A DNA stretch of 60,741 bases, filler included, from a bacterium UBP13_UBA5359 (GCA_002410925.1; 7 parts of 6 records of this genome joined end to end with filler, not necessarily neighbours in it), one strand, 5' to 3'; positions 1 through 13,523 are shown, counted from the whole stretch's first letter. Notes: generated by a model not told the origin, from the sequence alone. Numbers and translations: made by a program.

Positions 1-7
1 TTGCCAT
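1..7 (-). CDS. tuf: Start of elongation factor Tu (runs off window edge)
   Basis: Minus strand reads AAAGGAGGAGACGGAAGGA-ATG GCA A (strong SD + MA..) just downstream of fusA; identity from str-operon synteny only. Confidence 0.55.
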
Positions 8-79
8 TCCTTCCGTCTCCTCCTTTGATCATGGGGGAACCCATAGCACCCCGCATCAAACTTCGATATTATAAATAGA

Positions 80-2158
80 TTATCCCTTTGTATTACCTAT
101 AATTTCCTGTGCTATGCCTGCCGGCACCTCCGCAAAGTGCGCAAACTCCATACTATATGTAGCCCTGCCCTGTGTTCTGGAACGCAAATCCGTAGCATAG
201 CCAAACATTTTAGCCAGCGGAACAACCGCAACGACCTCATGCACACCGCTCATCGGCTGCCGCATCTGCTCCACATGGCCTCTTCTGGAGTTAAGATCGC
301 CCATAACATCTCCCAGGTATTCCTCCGGAGTAGTAACCTCAACTCTCATAACGGGTTCTTTAATAATCGGTTCTGCTTTCTTAACAGCCGCCTGCAAGGC
401 CATAGAACCGGCAATTTTAAAGGCCATCTCAGATGAATCCACCGGATGGAAGGATCCATCGTATAAGGTAACCTTAATATCTATCAGATTATAGCTTGCC
501 AGAACGCCTCTCTCCAAGGCTTCCCTGACACCGGCCTCAACCGCAGGGATATATTCCCTTGGCACAACACCGCCGACAATAGCGCTAACGAATTCAAAGC
601 CTTTACCGGGCTCAAGCGGTTCCACTTCCAGCCAGACATGCCCAAACTGGCCGCGACCACCGGTCTGACGAATAAAACGCCCCTCCGCCTTAGCCGTAGT
701 GGTGATAGTCTCCTTATAATTAACCTGCGGAGTGCCGACGTTGGCATCCACGCTGAATTCACGCATCAGCCTATCAATAATTATCTCCAGGTGCAATTCA
801 CCCATGCCTCTTATGATCGTCTGACCGGTCTCCTCATCGACAAATGTTCTAAAGGTAGGATCTTCCTCCGACAGCTTTACCAGGGCTATGCCCATCTTAT
901 CCTGATCAGCCTTCGTTTTAGGCTCGATAGCCACAGAAATAACGGGCTCAGGAAACTCGATAGCCTCCAGAATGACCGGAGCATTCTCGGCACAAAGAGT
1001 ATCTCCAGTGGAGGTAATCTTAAGCCCGACAGCTCCCAATATATCCCCGGCATAAGCAACATCGACCTCTTCACGCTTGTTGGCATGCATTCTGAGAATA
1101 CGCCCAATACGTTCACGTTTGCCCTTAACGGAATTATATACGTACGATCCGCTTGCCAGCGTACCGGAATAAATTCTAAAAAACGTCAATTTGCCCACAT
1201 AGGGATCGGTAGCAATCTTAAAGGCTAATGCGCTGAAAGGTTCATCATCGGAAGATTTGCGCACAATAACCTCATTGGAGTGAGGATCCAGTCCTTCAAT
1301 ATCGGCTATATCCAGCGGAGAAGGGAGGTAATCTATGACTGCATTCAGCAACGGCTGAATTCCTTTATTTCTAAAGGAAGAGCCGCAAAAGACGGGCACC
1401 ACCTGAGCACTGAGCGTGGCCAGCCTCACACCATGCCTGATCTCATCATCGGTCAACTCTTCGCCTTCAAGATACTTGACCATTAGAAGGTCATCAGCCT
1501 CAGCAGCAACTTCGAGTATATGCTCTCTGGCTGCCAGAGCATCAGCCTTCATCTCTTCCGGCACATCCTGAACTTCAAATTCCATTCCCAACGCTTCAGC
1601 GTAGAGATACGCCTTCATCGTTACAAGATCTATCATACCTTTAAAAGAATCCTCTGCGCCTATTGGCAGCTGCATTGCCAGGGCATTGCTTCCCAGCCTG
1701 TTACGTATGCTATCGACTACTTTGTCGAAATCCGCACCGGTTCTATCCATTTTATTTACGAATGCTATTCGAGGTACAGCATAACGGTTAGCCTGACGCC
1801 ATACCGTTTCCGATTGTGGCTGAACACCGCCAACAGCGCAGAAGACAGCTACGACGCCATCCAGGACTCTGAGCGAGCGTTCAACCTCAACAGTAAAATC
1901 AACGTGTCCGGGAGTATCGATAATATTTATATTATGCCCTTGCCAAAGACATGATGTAGCCGCGGAGGTAATGGTAATACCGCGTTCCTGCTCCTGAACC
2001 ATCCAATCCATAGTAGCTGCACCCTCATGGACCTCGCCGATGCGATGTACCTTCCCGGTATAGAAGAGTATACGCTCAGTAGTCGTAGTTTTACCGGCAT
2101 CAATATGGGCAGCAATTCCAATATTCCGTATTTTATTCAAATCAAAAGCTCTCGTCAT
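80..2158 (-). CDS. fusA: Elongation factor G
   Basis: [26 protein letters not shown] motifs; 692 aa; follows rpsL-rpsG. Confidence 0.99.
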   Translation of the reverse strand: MTRAFDLNKIRNIGIAAHIDAGKTTTTERILFYTGKVHRIGEVHEGAATMDWMVQEQERGITITSAATSCLWQGHNINIIDTPGHVDFTVEVERSLRVLDGVVAVFCAVGGVQPQSETVWRQANRYAVPRIAFVNKMDRTGADFDKVVDSIRNRLGSNALAMQLPIGAEDSFKGMIDLVTMKAYLYAEALGMEFEVQDVPEEMKADALAAREHILEVAAEADDLLMVKYLEGEELTDDEIRHGVRLATLSAQVVPVFCGSSFRNKGIQPLLNAVIDYLPSPLDIADIEGLDPHSNEVIVRKSSDDEPFSALAFKIATDPYVGKLTFFRIYSGTLASGSYVYNSVKGKRERIGRILRMHANKREEVDVAYAGDILGAVGLKITSTGDTLCAENAPVILEAIEFPEPVISVAIEPKTKADQDKMGIALVKLSEEDPTFRTFVDEETGQTIIRGMGELHLEIIIDRLMREFSVDANVGTPQVNYKETITTTAKAEGRFIRQTGGRGQFGHVWLEVEPLEPGKGFEFVSAIVGGVVPREYIPAVEAGVREALERGVLASYNLIDIKVTLYDGSFHPVDSSEMAFKIAGSMALQAAVKKAEPIIKEPVMRVEVTTPEEYLGDVMGDLNSRRGHVEQMRQPMSGVHEVVAVVPLAKMFGYATDLRSRTQGRATYSMEFAHFAEVPAGIAQEIIGNTKG

Positions 2159-2315
2159 TCGGACACATTACCTCTATCTTACATCTCATAGATCTTCAGC
2201 CAACTTTGCAAACAAGAAGCCTGAAAGTAAATAGCTTGTATATACTTATCTGCATATCCTTGCAGGGCGTTATCACTGTTCCGATCACAAAATTTCATAT
2301 TTTACGCTATTAGGA

Positions 2316-2786
2316 TTACCACCTATAATGGGCAAAAGCCTTATTGGCTTCAGCCATCTTATGAGTATCCTCGCGCTTCTTAATGGTAGAGCCTACACCC
2401 TGAGCGGCATCCATAAACTCTGCAGATAGCTTCTCCTGCATGCTCTTCCCGGAACGCTTGCGAGCGAATCCCAATATCCATCTGATAGCAAGAGCAATTC
2501 TGCGATCCGATCGGACCTCTACCGGTACCTGATATGTAGCACCGCCTACGCGCCGGGACTTGACCTCTATAACCGGTGCTGCGTTTTTAACAGCCTCTTC
2601 AAAAACCTCTACCGGATCACGACCGCTCTTCTCTCGGATTATTTCCATAGACTGATAGAATATATCTTCAGCTATACTCTTTTTACCTCTTTCCATCAGA
2701 TTGTTTATAAATCGTCCCACAAGCTGACTGTTATAAACAGGGTCCGGCGTAATCTCTCTTTTGGGAACCGCGCCTTTTCTTGGCAT
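2316..2786 (-). CDS. rpsG: 30S ribosomal protein S7
   Basis: MPRKG..., [26 protein letters not shown]. Confidence 0.99.
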   Translation of the reverse strand: MPRKGAVPKREITPDPVYNSQLVGRFINNLMERGKKSIAEDIFYQSMEIIREKSGRDPVEVFEEAVKNAAPVIEVKSRRVGGATYQVPVEVRSDRRIALAIRWILGFARKRSGKSMQEKLSAEFMDAAQGVGSTIKKREDTHKMAEANKAFAHYRW

Positions 2787-2815
2787 TGTTCAACCCCCTA
2801 CTTTTACAAAGAAAT

Positions 2816-3187
2816 TTATTTCGGCCTCTTGGTGCCGTATTTTGAGCGCCCCTGGCGTCTATCAGTCGTACCGGCAGTATCCAGCGTGCCTCGGACGATG
2901 TGGTAACGGATACCGGGTAAATCCTTAACCCGGCCACCGCGTATAAGCACTACAGAGTGTTCCTGCAGATTATGCCCGATACCAGGAATATAAGCTGTAA
3001 CCTCTATTCCATTGGTAAGTCGTACCCTGGCGACCTTACGCAGAGCTGAGTTCGGCTTTTTAGGCGTAGTGGTATAAACCCTGGTACATACACCTCGCTT
3101 CTGCGGCGATCCCTTCAAAGCAGGAGCATCGGTCTTTCTAATAATGGGCTCTCTATTCTTTCTGACCAGTTGTGCTATGGTCGGCAT
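2816..3187 (-). CDS. rpsL: 30S ribosomal protein S12 (start reassigned to MPTIAQL)
   Basis: [22 protein letters not shown] at 3187 preceded by AGGGAG. Confidence 0.99.
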   Translation of the reverse strand: MPTIAQLVRKNREPIIRKTDAPALKGSPQKRGVCTRVYTTTPKKPNSALRKVARVRLTNGIEVTAYIPGIGHNLQEHSVVLIRGGRVKDLPGIRYHIVRGTLDTAGTTDRRQGRSKYGTKRPK

Positions 3188-3460
3188 ACCCAGACTCCCT
3201 TCGTTCATCCGTCTTCCTCTTGGTGGACGGTCAAATAAATTAAGCCCCTCACGCAACGCATAAGGGGCTCGATAGCATGCTTAATCACGGCAAGCTTGAG
3301 ACGCTACGCATCGGTAATGTAATCTATCGTATATCTCTTATCGGACGGTTGCAAAAACTCTCCACCCGTTTTGATCGCTACCTCCGGCTATGCCGGGGAA
3401 ACACTGAAATTGTGCTTCTGACGCAAGGTTCGATCATTTAAGCGTCAAATGGACTTACCT

Positions 3461-3489
3461 ATATTATCACGAGCATTCAAGGCTGTCAA
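3461..3489 (-). promoter_or_regulatory. Sigma70/SigA promoter of the str operon
   Basis: TTGACA-17 nt-TAATAT with TG extended -10 on minus strand. Confidence 0.75.
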
Positions 3490-3532
3490 CGCTTTTTTTA
3501 AGCAGCCATTAAAGGTATTCAATCCTTTTGCC

Positions 3533-6500
3533 TCAAACATTCTCCGGTTCCGGTATAGAGAGTACCTCTTCCTCTTCAGCAACGCTGACAGGCTCTTCAA
3601 TTAATTTCTCCTCAGATTCCAGCCCCTGATCAGCCATTTCTTCAACAGCCTCATCAGCGACGGCATCCTGTCCAAGTTCTTTCTCTATTTTCTCTTCCAA
3701 GCTTTGCGCACCGGGTACAAAGATATCGATGTTCTTATAGCGCGACATTCCGGTGCCTGCCGGTATCAGCTTCCCTATTATGACGTTCTCCTTAAGGCCG
3801 ACAAGGGAATCTCCCTTGCCCTTGGTGGAGGCATCCGTCAACACTCTGGTCGTCTCTTGGAACGATGCTGCCGACAAGAAGCTATCGGTAGCCAGCGAAG
3901 CTTTGGTAATCCCCAGCAAAACGGGCTTAGCGCTGGCTGGCTCGCCGCCTTCAGCCAGAACTTTATCATTCTCATCTTCGAAGGCAAAGGTATCGACCAG
4001 TTCTCCCGGCAGGAAATCGGTATCTCCTATCTCTTCAACACGCACTTTTCGCAACATCTGACGCACTACCACTTCAATATGCTTGTCGTTGATATCAACT
4101 CCCTGGGAGCGATAAACGGATTGCACTTCACGAACCATATAGCTCTGCACTTCCTGAACGCCCCTGATATTGAGTACGTCATGAGGATTGATTGAGCCTT
4201 CAGTCAAGCGATCGCCAGCCAGAACCTCATCACCGCCAGCCACTTCCAGGCGAGCGCCATAAGGAACCGTATAGGCCTTCTCTTCGCCATCATCGGCTTT
4301 AATAACAATCTTACGAACACCTTTAACTTCGGCGATCTCAACTACGCCATTTATATCGCTGACTATCGCCAGCCCTTTGGGCTTACGGGCCTCAAATAAC
4401 TCTTCGACACGAGGCAGGCCCTGAGTAATATCCTCACCCCTCAAAGCCACGCCGCCAGTATGAAATGTCCGCATAGTCAGCTGAGTTCCCGGCTCGCCGA
4501 TGGATTGAGCAGCAATAGTTCCTACAGCCTCACCGATTTCGACCATATTTCCGGTTGCCAGGTCACGACCATAACAAGCTGCGCATAACCCTGCCCGGGC
4601 ACGGCAAGTCAAGGCTGAACGAACCTTTACAGCCTTTATCCCGGCCTTCTCAATAGCCAGAGCAGCATCTTCATCGATTATCTTGTTATTCTCCAGGATA
4701 AGCTCTCCCGTCTCAGGATGAACAATTGTTTCAAGCGAAACTCTGCCCAACACCCGATCGCGCAAAGATTCTATTATCTCCTGGCCTTCCTTGATATCCT
4801 TGACTACTATGCCTGATGTAGTTCCGCAATCGGGAATTCGGATAATAACCTCCTGCGCCACATCGATAAGCCGACGAGTCAGATAACCGGAATCGGCTGT
4901 CCTGAGTGCCGTATCAGCCAGACCCTTACGAGCGCCATGGGTGGAAATAAAGTATTCGAGAACCGTCAATCCCTCACGAAAATTGGCCGTAATCGGCAAA
5001 TCGATAATACGCCCTGACGGATCGGCCATAAGACCGCGCATACCGGCCAGCTGCCTTATCTGCTGTATATTACCGCGAGCACCGGAGGTAGCCATCATAT
5101 ATACGGGATTATATTCATCCATATTCTCAATGGTGGCATCAGTAACATCTTCCGTAGCCTGGGTCCAGATATCGATAACCTTTTGATAGCGTTCATCGGC
5201 GGTTATCAAGCCTCGCCGATACTGCTTCTCTATCTGATCCACCTCTTGCCCGGCCGAATCCAATATCTGCTTTTTTGCCTCCGGCACCATGATATCGGTA
5301 ACAGATATGGTTGAACCGGCCTTGGTGCCGTATTTGAAACCGAGACTCTTGATATTATCTACCAAAGTTACGGTCTCCGTAGGACCAAGCAACCGATAAC
5401 AACGCGAAACGAGTTGCCCCAGCTCACGTTTATCCATAACATCGTTGATATATCGCAGTGCAGGCGGCAGAGCTTCATTGAATAAGAGACGGCCTGCCGT
5501 CGTTTCCAGCAACTGTCCATCGTATTTTACTTTAATAACGGCATGGAGATCTACTGCTCCGTTATCATAAGCCAGAACGGCTTCATTGAAGCTGCTGAAG
5601 GCCTTTCCTTCACCTTTAACGCCTTCCCGTCGGATAGTCAGATAATGACATCCCAAAACAATATCCTGAGTAGGACTCACTACGGGACGACCATCTGCAG
5701 GCGAAAGCAGGTTTGATGTGGACATCATCAATAACCTGGCCTCTGCCTGTGCACTCGATGAAAGCGGCACGTGCACAGCCATCTGATCGCCGTCAAAATC
5801 CGCGTTATAAGCGGCACAGACCAATGGGTGTATTTGAATGGCCTTTCCTTCGACCATGACAGGCTCAAAGGCCTGTATGCCCAAACGGTGCAATGTCGGG
5901 GCGCGGTTAAGGAGGACAGGATGCTCCCTGATGACCCTGTCCAGAACATCCCATACTTCGGTCTTGGCGCGCTCTACCATTCGCTTGGCACTTTTAATAT
6001 TATGCGCCAGGCCGTTATCGACTAGTTTCTTCATTACAAAGGGCTTGAACAGCTCCAGCGCCATTTCCTTGGGCAGCCCGCACTGATTGAGCTTCAGATT
6101 AGGGCCGACCACAATAACAGAGCGGCCGGAATAATCAACACGCTTGCCCAGAAGGTTCTGGCGAAAACGTCCTTGCTTGCCCTTCAGCATATCGCTAAGC
6201 GATTTAAGCGGCCGGTTATTAGGACCGGTCACAGGACGACCACGACGACCGTTATCAATAAGGCCATCCACAGCTTCCTGAAGCATACGCTTTTCATTGC
6301 GGACTATGACCTCGGGGGCACCTAACTCGAGCAGTTTTTTGAGACGGTTATTACGGTTGATCACTCTGCGGTAGAGATCATTAAGATCGGAAGTAGCAAA
6401 GCGGCCGCCGTCCAGTTGTACCATAGGACGAACTTCCGGTGGAATTACTGGTATGGCATCCATTATCATCCATTCCGGCCTGTTGCCCGATTTACGGAAG

Positions 6501-7147
6501 GCTTCAACAACTTCAAGCCGCTTGATAATCTTTATACGTTTTTGTCCGGATACTTCCTTCAATTCTTTCCTGAGCTCTTTGGACATGGCAACCAAATCCA
6601 ATTGAGCCAGGAGTGCCTTGATAGCAACTGCCCCCATCTCTGCTTGAAAGGCGTTTCTATAACGCTCCTGCGCTTCACGGTACTCCGTTTCGGAAAGTAT
6701 CTGCTTATACTTTAAATCAGTCCCCTCACCCGCATCAAGCACTATGTAGGAAGCATAATAAAGAACCTTTTCCAGGCTACGCGGTGAAATATCCAGCAGA
6801 AGGGCTATTCGGCTGGGAATGCCTTTGAAATACCAGATATGCGATACCGGCGTGGCCAGTTCAATATGCCCCATACGCTCGCGACGTACCTTGGCCTTGG
6901 TTACTTCCACACCGCAGCGATCACAAATCACACCTTTAAAACGTATGCGCTTGTATTTGCCGCAATGGCACTCCCAATCCTTTATAGGCCCAAATATCCT
7001 CTCACAAAATAGCCCGTCGCGCTCAGGCTTGAGTGTGCGATAATTTATAGTTTCCGGTTTTTTAACCTCGCCGTGCGACCAGGCCTTTACCTGATCTGGT
7101 GAAGCTATGCCAATTTTCAACATTTCAAAGTTTTTGGCATCCAGCAA
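3533..7147 (-). CDS. rpoC: RNA polymerase beta' subunit
   Basis: [10 protein letters not shown] catalytic motif, N-terminal Zn ribbon, [15 protein letters not shown] start with GGAGG. Confidence 0.99.
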   Translation of the reverse strand: MLDAKNFEMLKIGIASPDQVKAWSHGEVKKPETINYRTLKPERDGLFCERIFGPIKDWECHCGKYKRIRFKGVICDRCGVEVTKAKVRRERMGHIELATPVSHIWYFKGIPSRIALLLDISPRSLEKVLYYASYIVLDAGEGTDLKYKQILSETEYREAQERYRNAFQAEMGAVAIKALLAQLDLVAMSKELRKELKEVSGQKRIKIIKRLEVVEAFRKSGNRPEWMIMDAIPVIPPEVRPMVQLDGGRFATSDLNDLYRRVINRNNRLKKLLELGAPEVIVRNEKRMLQEAVDGLIDNGRRGRPVTGPNNRPLKSLSDMLKGKQGRFRQNLLGKRVDYSGRSVIVVGPNLKLNQCGLPKEMALELFKPFVMKKLVDNGLAHNIKSAKRMVERAKTEVWDVLDRVIREHPVLLNRAPTLHRLGIQAFEPVMVEGKAIQIHPLVCAAYNADFDGDQMAVHVPLSSSAQAEARLLMMSTSNLLSPADGRPVVSPTQDIVLGCHYLTIRREGVKGEGKAFSSFNEAVLAYDNGAVDLHAVIKVKYDGQLLETTAGRLLFNEALPPALRYINDVMDKRELGQLVSRCYRLLGPTETVTLVDNIKSLGFKYGTKAGSTISVTDIMVPEAKKQILDSAGQEVDQIEKQYRRGLITADERYQKVIDIWTQATEDVTDATIENMDEYNPVYMMATSGARGNIQQIRQLAGMRGLMADPSGRIIDLPITANFREGLTVLEYFISTHGARKGLADTALRTADSGYLTRRLIDVAQEVIIRIPDCGTTSGIVVKDIKEGQEIIESLRDRVLGRVSLETIVHPETGELILENNKIIDEDAALAIEKAGIKAVKVRSALTCRARAGLCAACYGRDLATGNMVEIGEAVGTIAAQSIGEPGTQLTMRTFHTGGVALRGEDITQGLPRVEELFEARKPKGLAIVSDINGVVEIAEVKGVRKIVIKADDGEEKAYTVPYGARLEVAGGDEVLAGDRLTEGSINPHDVLNIRGVQEVQSYMVREVQSVYRSQGVDINDKHIEVVVRQMLRKVRVEEIGDTDFLPGELVDTFAFEDENDKVLAEGGEPASAKPVLLGITKASLATDSFLSAASFQETTRVLTDASTKGKGDSLVGLKENVIIGKLIPAGTGMSRYKNIDIFVPGAQSLEEKIEKELGQDAVADEAVEEMADQGLESEEKLIEEPVSVAEEEEVLSIPEPENV

Positions 7148-7172
7148 GGTGAATTCCTCCTTAGTACTCTTT

Positions 7173-10100
7173 TCAGATCTCTACGCCCAGTTCGCGGGCG
7201 GTCTCAGAGAGGTCTGTCTCGTCATCTTTAATAACGACCTCTTTAGCCTCTTCAGATAATATCCTGGCATCAAGACCCAAGCTTTGAAGCTCCTTGATCA
7301 AGACCTTGAAGGATTCCGGCACTCCCGGCTCCTGAACGTTCTCACCCTTGACAATAGCCTCATAAGCCTTGACACGCCCCATAACATCATCGGATTTTAT
7401 GGTCAGCAATTCCTGCAGCGTAAAGGCTGCGCCATATGCTTCAAGCGCCCAGACCTCCATCTCACCGAAACGCTGGCCACCGAACTGAGCCTTTCCGCCC
7501 AACGGCTGCTGAGTTACCAGTGAGTACGGACCGGTAGACCTGGCATGGATTTTATCATCGACCAGATGCGCCAGCTTCATCATATAAAGATAACCTATCG
7601 TCACAGGATGATCAAAGGGTTCTCCGGTCATGCCGTCCCGCAGAATCGCCTTGCCGCTAGGCAGCAAACCCACTCTGGCATAAGCACGTTCCATAATCTT
7701 TGCTACCAGTGTCTCAATATCTTTTCGGCGGCTGCCGATAGTAACCTGGAAGCTGCCTTCATCAACCTCCATGGCCACATCATGCGCCAGCTTTACAAGG
7801 TCTTCATTTTCCATGCCGGTAAGTATGCTGTCAAGCAAAGCGGGAATCTCATCGATAGGCCTTTCATCCAGCTCAGCCGGCACCTCCAGCATCAGCTCGG
7901 TAGATATATACTCTTTCAATACATTACGCTTCTTACTTTCCACTACCTGAGCAACACTTTTAGTTATTTCTACCTCGGTAGCTCCATCAAAGACCGGATT
8001 TTCAAGTACAAGCCCATATTCCTTGGCAGCCAGACTGAAGTGTGTTTCCAATATCTGGCCGATATTCATGCGTGAAGGAACGCCCAAGGGATTCAGCACA
8101 ATATCTACTGCCGTGCCGTCCGGCAGGAACGGCATATCCGCTTCCGGCAGAATACGGGCGATAACACCCTTATTTCCATGGCGTCCGGCCATCTTATCGC
8201 CTTCCAGAATCTTTCGCTTTTGAGCTATATAGACCCTGACAAGCTCGTTGACGCCGGGAGAGAGCTCGTCACCGCGCTCACGCTTGAACACCTTGACATC
8301 GACAACACGTCCCTTTTCGCCATGAGGCACCCGTAAAGAGGTATCTCTCACTTCACGCGCTTTCTCCCCGAATATAGCCCTTAGCAGACGCTCTTCAGGA
8401 GTCAATTCGGTTTCACCCTTAGGCGTAACCTTTCCTACAAGAATATCCTCAGCCCTTACCTCGGCGCCAATACGTATGACACCGCTTTCATCAAGATCTT
8501 TCAGAACATCCTCGGAAACATTCGGAATATCTCGAGTTATCTCTTCCGGTCCAAGCTTGGTATCCCGGGCTTCTATTTCATATTCCTCTATATGAATGGA
8601 AGTGAAAACATCCTCCTTAACCATTCGCTCGCTAAGAAGAATGGCATCCTCATAATTGTATCCCTTCCATGGCATAAAAGCGACCAGAACGTTGCGCCCC
8701 AAAGCTAACTCACCATGATCCGTGCTGGCGCCATCTGCGATAACCTCTCCCTTTTCAACACGCTGCCCCAGCGAAACAATCGGATGCTGATTAATGGCGG
8801 TTCCTTGGTTGGAGCGCATAAATTTGTATACCTTATATGTATCCAGCTCACCATTATCCGTCTGAATGATAATTCTTTCAGCAGACATAGCCTTTACCAC
8901 GCCGGCTCTTTCAGCAATAATCACCGTGCCGGAATCTATAGCAACTTTACGCTCCATACCGGTTCCCACCATGGGAGCTTCCGTACGCAGTAGAGGAACA
9001 GCCTGGCGCTGCATATTCGATCCCATAAGAGCACGGTTGGCATCATCATTCTCCAGAAAGGGAATAAGCGCAGTAGCAACGCTGACCAGCTGCTTGGGCG
9101 AGGCATCCATAAAATCCACCTTATCCGCCTGCACCGCTTCAATAATATCCCTGGCCCTGGTCGGCACCTTGTCTTTTATCAGATACCCGTTTTCATCAAC
9201 CGGCTCATTGGCTTGTGCCAGAATGTAGTTATCCTCCTCATCAGCAGACAGATAAACTATCTCGTCCGTAACGCGGCGATCTGTCACCTTACGATACGGA
9301 GTTTCGATAAAACCGTAATCGTTTACCCAAGCATAGGTAGCCAATGACCCGATAAGACCTATATTCGGGCCTTCAGGAGTCTCTATCGGACATATGCGCC
9401 CGTAATGAGAGTGATGCACATCTCTTACTTCAAAGCCGGCACGCTCCCGGCTTAAGCCACCGGGACCCAGAGCGCTGAGCCGCCGTTTATGAGTTAATTC
9501 AGCCAGTGGGTTGGTCTGATCCATAAACTGAGACAACTGGCTGCTGCCAAAGAACTCTTTTATGGCAGCAACAACAGGGCGTATATTTATCAGGGCCTGA
9601 GGCGTTAATGTCTCTGTTTCCTGAATAATCATACGTTCTCGGATCACACGCTCCATTCTCAATAGACCGACTCTAAACTGATTCATAAGCAATTCGCCAA
9701 CCGCACGTACCCGGCGATTACCAAGATGATCAATATCATCAATATTTCCCTCACCCTGCGGTAGATTCTTAAGATACCGCACGGTTTCGATGATATCCAT
9801 CCTGGTAAGAACATGCTGCATAGGATCTATATCGAGGCCAAGCTTCTTGTTGAGCTTATAACGCCCCACATGGGCCAAATCATATCTCTTCTGGTCGAAG
9901 AAGAGAGATCTGAAGAGTATCTTTGCTCCATCCATGGTAAGAGGCTCCCCGGGACGCAATTTTCTATATATCTCCACGATGGCCTCATCGGAATCAGAGG
10001 TGCTGTCTTTTTCCAAGGTCAGGCGCATCCACTCCTCAATCTCCATGACCTTTATCTCTTCATAAACCTTTACTTCGCTTATGCCCACTTTATTCAGCTT

Positions 10101-11072
10101 GCCGATAGCCCTATCGGTCAGCTTGCTATCCTTCTCTGCCAAAACCTCACCGGTATGAATGTCCGTCACATCATCAGCTAGGACCTTGCCGCTTATGCGA
10201 TCGTGATCTTTAATGGAGCAGAGAACCTCCTGCCGATCAAAGACACCAATTTCCTGCTGAGCGGCAACCTTTTCCTCCCGGATGATGGAAAGCTCCTTCA
10301 CCCTTGCATCTTTTAAAGCAGCGATCGCTGTCTCATCCAGAACCGTGCCCCTGACAGCTAAAAGATCGCCGGTATCGGGATCAACAACATCTTCAGCTAA
10401 TTCAAGACCGACAAGCCCCTTCTTGGGCTTGGATGATTCAGTTATACGATTGATATAAGTTCCTCGATCAGAAATAATTTTGTAATCAAGAGCCCGCAGA
10501 AGTATGGTAGCAGGAATCTTTCTGGTCCTGTCCACCCTTACCCACATGATGCCGTTGGCATCAAACTCCAGCTCTATCCAGGCTCCCCTGTTCGGTATTA
10601 AAGTTGCGGAATAAAGATCATTTCCATGCGGATCCAGTTCCGATTTAAAATAAACACCGGGGGATCTAGCCAGCTGGCTGACAATCACCCGCTCGGCTCC
10701 GTTTATTACGAATGTACCCTTTGACGTCATCAGAGGGAAATCCCCCATAAAGACCTCTTGCTCCTTGACCTCTCCGTTTACGCGGTTTACAAGGCGCACC
10801 CGTACTTTTAAGGGTGCAGAATAGGTCATATCACGTTCACGACATTCGTCGACAGTATATTTCGGCTCATCAAAGGTGTAATCCAGAAATTCTAATACCA
10901 GATTACCGGTAAAATCCTGAATAGGAGAAAAACTGTCAAGCAAATCTCTCAGGCCGGTATCGATAAACCACTGATATGAATTTCGCTGTAATTCTATAAG
11001 GTTAGGCAGTTCCAGAACCGTAGGTATCTTAGCATAACTAACCCTCTCACGCTTGTTGGCCGCTAACGTCAT
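7173..11072 (-). CDS. rpoB: RNA polymerase beta subunit (start reassigned to MTLAANKR)
   Basis: [49 protein letters not shown] before ATG 11072. Confidence 0.99.
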   Translation of the reverse strand: MTLAANKRERVSYAKIPTVLELPNLIELQRNSYQWFIDTGLRDLLDSFSPIQDFTGNLVLEFLDYTFDEPKYTVDECRERDMTYSAPLKVRVRLVNRVNGEVKEQEVFMGDFPLMTSKGTFVINGAERVIVSQLARSPGVYFKSELDPHGNDLYSATLIPNRGAWIELEFDANGIMWVRVDRTRKIPATILLRALDYKIISDRGTYINRITESSKPKKGLVGLELAEDVVDPDTGDLLAVRGTVLDETAIAALKDARVKELSIIREEKVAAQQEIGVFDRQEVLCSIKDHDRISGKVLADDVTDIHTGEVLAEKDSKLTDRAIGKLNKVGISEVKVYEEIKVMEIEEWMRLTLEKDSTSDSDEAIVEIYRKLRPGEPLTMDGAKILFRSLFFDQKRYDLAHVGRYKLNKKLGLDIDPMQHVLTRMDIIETVRYLKNLPQGEGNIDDIDHLGNRRVRAVGELLMNQFRVGLLRMERVIRERMIIQETETLTPQALINIRPVVAAIKEFFGSSQLSQFMDQTNPLAELTHKRRLSALGPGGLSRERAGFEVRDVHHSHYGRICPIETPEGPNIGLIGSLATYAWVNDYGFIETPYRKVTDRRVTDEIVYLSADEEDNYILAQANEPVDENGYLIKDKVPTRARDIIEAVQADKVDFMDASPKQLVSVATALIPFLENDDANRALMGSNMQRQAVPLLRTEAPMVGTGMERKVAIDSGTVIIAERAGVVKAMSAERIIIQTDNGELDTYKVYKFMRSNQGTAINQHPIVSLGQRVEKGEVIADGASTDHGELALGRNVLVAFMPWKGYNYEDAILLSERMVKEDVFTSIHIEEYEIEARDTKLGPEEITRDIPNVSEDVLKDLDESGVIRIGAEVRAEDILVGKVTPKGETELTPEERLLRAIFGEKAREVRDTSLRVPHGEKGRVVDVKVFKRERGDELSPGVNELVRVYIAQKRKILEGDKMAGRHGNKGVIARILPEADMPFLPDGTAVDIVLNPLGVPSRMNIGQILETHFSLAAKEYGLVLENPVFDGATEVEITKSVAQVVESKKRNVLKEYISTELMLEVPAELDERPIDEIPALLDSILTGMENEDLVKLAHDVAMEVDEGSFQVTIGSRRKDIETLVAKIMERAYARVGLLPSGKAILRDGMTGEPFDHPVTIGYLYMMKLAHLVDDKIHARSTGPYSLVTQQPLGGKAQFGGQRFGEMEVWALEAYGAAFTLQELLTIKSDDVMGRVKAYEAIVKGENVQEPGVPESFKVLIKELQSLGLDARILSEEAKEVVIKDDETDLSETARELGVEI

Positions 11073-11165
11073 GCACTCCACTCCCAACGTTCGAGTATTA
11101 TGAAAAAAAGCATAAATACCCCCTTGGAGGGTACAGCTCCACACCGTTTAAGGTGACAAATTTTA

Positions 11166-11194
11166 ATGTTAGCATAAAGAAATATGTTTGTCAA
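11166..11194 (-). promoter_or_regulatory. Promoter upstream of rpoB
   Basis: TTGACA-17 nt-TAACAT (TG extended) on minus strand; short hairpin plus T-run in the leader. Confidence 0.7.
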
Positions 11195-11309
11195 AATAAT
11201 AGAAGGGGAAAAAGAACCCTTATCATATCTGCGGACAAACATAACTTCGTTGTTCAGCAATCTGCCGTCGGAGGAGAAAGATAACCCTTCCTCCTCCCGG
11301 CAATAAATA

Positions 11310-11699
11310 TTATTTAATTTCGACTGTTGCTCCGGCCTCTTCAAGCTTGGCCTTAAGCTCATCAGCCTCTTCCTTCTTGATACCTTCCTTTATAGGCTTG
11401 GGCGCATTATCAACAAGCTCCTTTGCCTCCTTGAGTCCAAGGCTGGTCACCTCGCGTACAACCTTAAGAACAGGTATCTTTTTCTCACCGGCGCTAACCA
11501 GAATAACGTCAAAAGCTGTCTTCTCTTCGGCCTCTTCCACAGCGGCAGCCCCGGCTACAGGAGCGGCGGCTACAGCAGCTACAGGAGCAGCCGATACGCC
11601 AAACTCCTCTTCAAAAGCCTTGACTAATTCTGAAAGCTCCAGTACACTCATCTGCTTTACAGCATCAAGTATCTGGTCCTTTGTCAAAGTCTCTGCCAT
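11310..11699 (-). CDS. rplL: 50S ribosomal protein L7/L12
   Basis: Ala-rich hinge, [20 protein letters not shown]. Confidence 0.99.
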   Translation of the reverse strand: MAETLTKDQILDAVKQMSVLELSELVKAFEEEFGVSAAPVAAVAAAPVAGAAAVEEAEEKTAFDVILVSAGEKKIPVLKVVREVTSLGLKEAKELVDNAPKPIKEGIKKEEADELKAKLEEAGATVEIK

Positions 11700-11846
11700 T
11701 CATCTCACCTCCTCAATAGCTTTTTAACCTTATCAGCTATTAAATTTATTAGCCCTTTAACCTGTTAGTAGCATCCGCAGAATATTCTGCTTTTTACGTT
11801 CTTCATGCTCCGTTAAACAGCTAAACTTCTAAATCATTATAATTAA

Positions 11847-12365
11847 TCACTCTGCCCTTTGTTGCTGAACTGCTTGCAATGCATAAGCAAAGCTTCTGAT
11901 GGGTCCGGAAAGAACGCTGGCCATGTCGTTGAGCGGCCTCATCATCGCACCAGCCAGCCTTGCAAGAAGAACCTCTCTTGGCGGCAAATCTGCAACCGCT
12001 CTAATCTCTTCCGCACTTATGACCTTGCCTTCGAGAAGACCACCCTTTAATACCAGCTTTTTATGTTCCTTGATAAACTTAACCAGCAATTTTGTAGCTA
12101 TTACCGGATCATTCTTAACAAAAGCTATTGCTGTTGGCCCTTCCAGGTAAGCATTGAGGCATTCATACCCCGTCTCATTAGCCGCTATCCTTGCCAAAGT
12201 GTTCTTAACAACGTGAAATTCCACGCCTTCTTTTTTAAGCTGGTTGCGTAGGCCATTGATTTCCTCAACATTCAGTCCGGTATGATTCGTCACCAGCGTA
12301 GCCTTGGCCTCGGGAAGCATCGCTTTAATATTTTCCACCATTTCTCTTTTTTGAGCTGTAGCCAC
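11847..12365 (-). CDS. rplJ: 50S ribosomal protein L10 (probable GTG start at 12365)
   Basis: VVKNTLA, GPTAIAF, LPPREVLLA; GGAGGTG SD upstream of GTG. Confidence 0.97.
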   Translation of the reverse strand: MATAQKREMVENIKAMLPEAKATLVTNHTGLNVEEINGLRNQLKKEGVEFHVVKNTLARIAANETGYECLNAYLEGPTAIAFVKNDPVIATKLLVKFIKEHKKLVLKGGLLEGKVISAEEIRAVADLPPREVLLARLAGAMMRPLNDMASVLSGPIRSFAYALQAVQQQRAE

Positions 12366-12472
12366 TACTAATCTCACCTCCATTTCCAATGCCGGATCCG
12401 GAATTTATATATCGCGTGTCCTGCATATAATGCCCCTCTTTATCCTTCACATTCTTAACCGATAAGATGGGC

Positions 12473-12597
12473 AAAAAAAGACCTCCGGCCGGAGGTCTCA
12501 GAGAAGAATCCTTATCGTCTCACCCCGGCCTCGGCAGGTTGACCATAACCGGTCATTTAAGTCTCCACCCGCTGTCTCAGGCCCATAATATTCAATT
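12473..12597 (-). promoter_or_regulatory. L10 leader (rplJL autoregulatory RNA) ending in an intrinsic terminator
   Basis: Minus strand CCTGAGACAGCGGGTGG...TTAA...CCTGCCGAGG resembles the L10-leader core; AGACCTCCGGCCGGAGGTCT + T7 at 12473-12498. Confidence 0.85.
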
Positions 12598-12674
12598 ATT
12601 TAAGCATATTCAGAGCCCGGCAGCCTGAAAGAGAGTTCACACTGACTGTTCCGAGTTCCGATTTCTTCAAATCA

Positions 12675-13382
12675 CTACTTTTCTACGGTTATCGCAGCCT
12701 TCTGGACATCCACTTTCACGCCAGGGCTCATCGTTGAAGAGAGAACTACACTCTTAAGATAAGTCCCCTTAGCAGCCGCAGGCCGAGCCTTTACAACCGC
12801 ACCCATCAGCGCCCTGAAATTATCCCCTAATTGCTGTGCATCAAAGGATACCTTGCCGATAACGGAGTGAATGATTCCATAACGATCCACTCTATACTCA
12901 ACCTTACCGGCCTTGATCTCCTTTATTGTTCTATCAAGATCAAATGTAACCGTACCCGTCTTGGGATTAGGCATAAGCCCCCTGGGGCCAAGCAACTTGC
13001 CCAGTTTTCCCACAACACTCATTGTATCGGGAGTGGCTACAGTCACATCGAAATCAAACCAACCGGCCTGTATTTTGGCTGCCAAGTCATCAGCGCCTAC
13101 ATAATCAGCACCGGCCTGCTCAGCTTCCTTAGCTTTGTCACCCTTGGCAAAAACAAGAACACGCTTTTCGGTTCCGGTGCCATGAGGCAACACAACCGTG
13201 CCACGGACCTGTTGATCTGCATGACGTGGATCTACACCAAGCTTTATAGATACTTCCACATTTTCATCGAATTTGGCTACGGCAATCTTCTTCAATATCT
13301 CCATAGCCTCCTTAGGATCGTAAGCAGCATTGCTATCATACTGCTTTAAAGCATCCTGATATCGCTTTCCTCTTTTTGACAT
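12675..13382 (-). CDS. rplA: 50S ribosomal protein L1 (start MSKRGKRY)
   Basis: [30 protein letters not shown]. Confidence 0.99.
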   Translation of the reverse strand: MSKRGKRYQDALKQYDSNAAYDPKEAMEILKKIAVAKFDENVEVSIKLGVDPRHADQQVRGTVVLPHGTGTEKRVLVFAKGDKAKEAEQAGADYVGADDLAAKIQAGWFDFDVTVATPDTMSVVGKLGKLLGPRGLMPNPKTGTVTFDLDRTIKEIKAGKVEYRVDRYGIIHSVIGKVSFDAQQLGDNFRALMGAVVKARPAAAKGTYLKSVVLSSTMSPGVKVDVQKAAITVEK

Positions 13383-13399
13383 ATCCGTACATACCTCCC

Positions 13400-13428
13400 G
13401 TGGTAATAACGGGCAAAAGCCCTTCCAC
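13400..13428 (-). promoter_or_regulatory. L1-binding mRNA hairpin upstream of rplA
   Basis: GTGGAAGGGCTTTTGCCCGTTATTACCAC hairpin with asymmetric internal loop abutting the rplA SD. Confidence 0.7.
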
Positions 13429-13523
13429 TTATTCAAGGCATAATGCCCGGCTCGATTCAAGCCCGACGTTAACGCCTTTCAAACATAATTATTATGTTTG
13501 AATTTTAATATCCAGCTTTCGGA

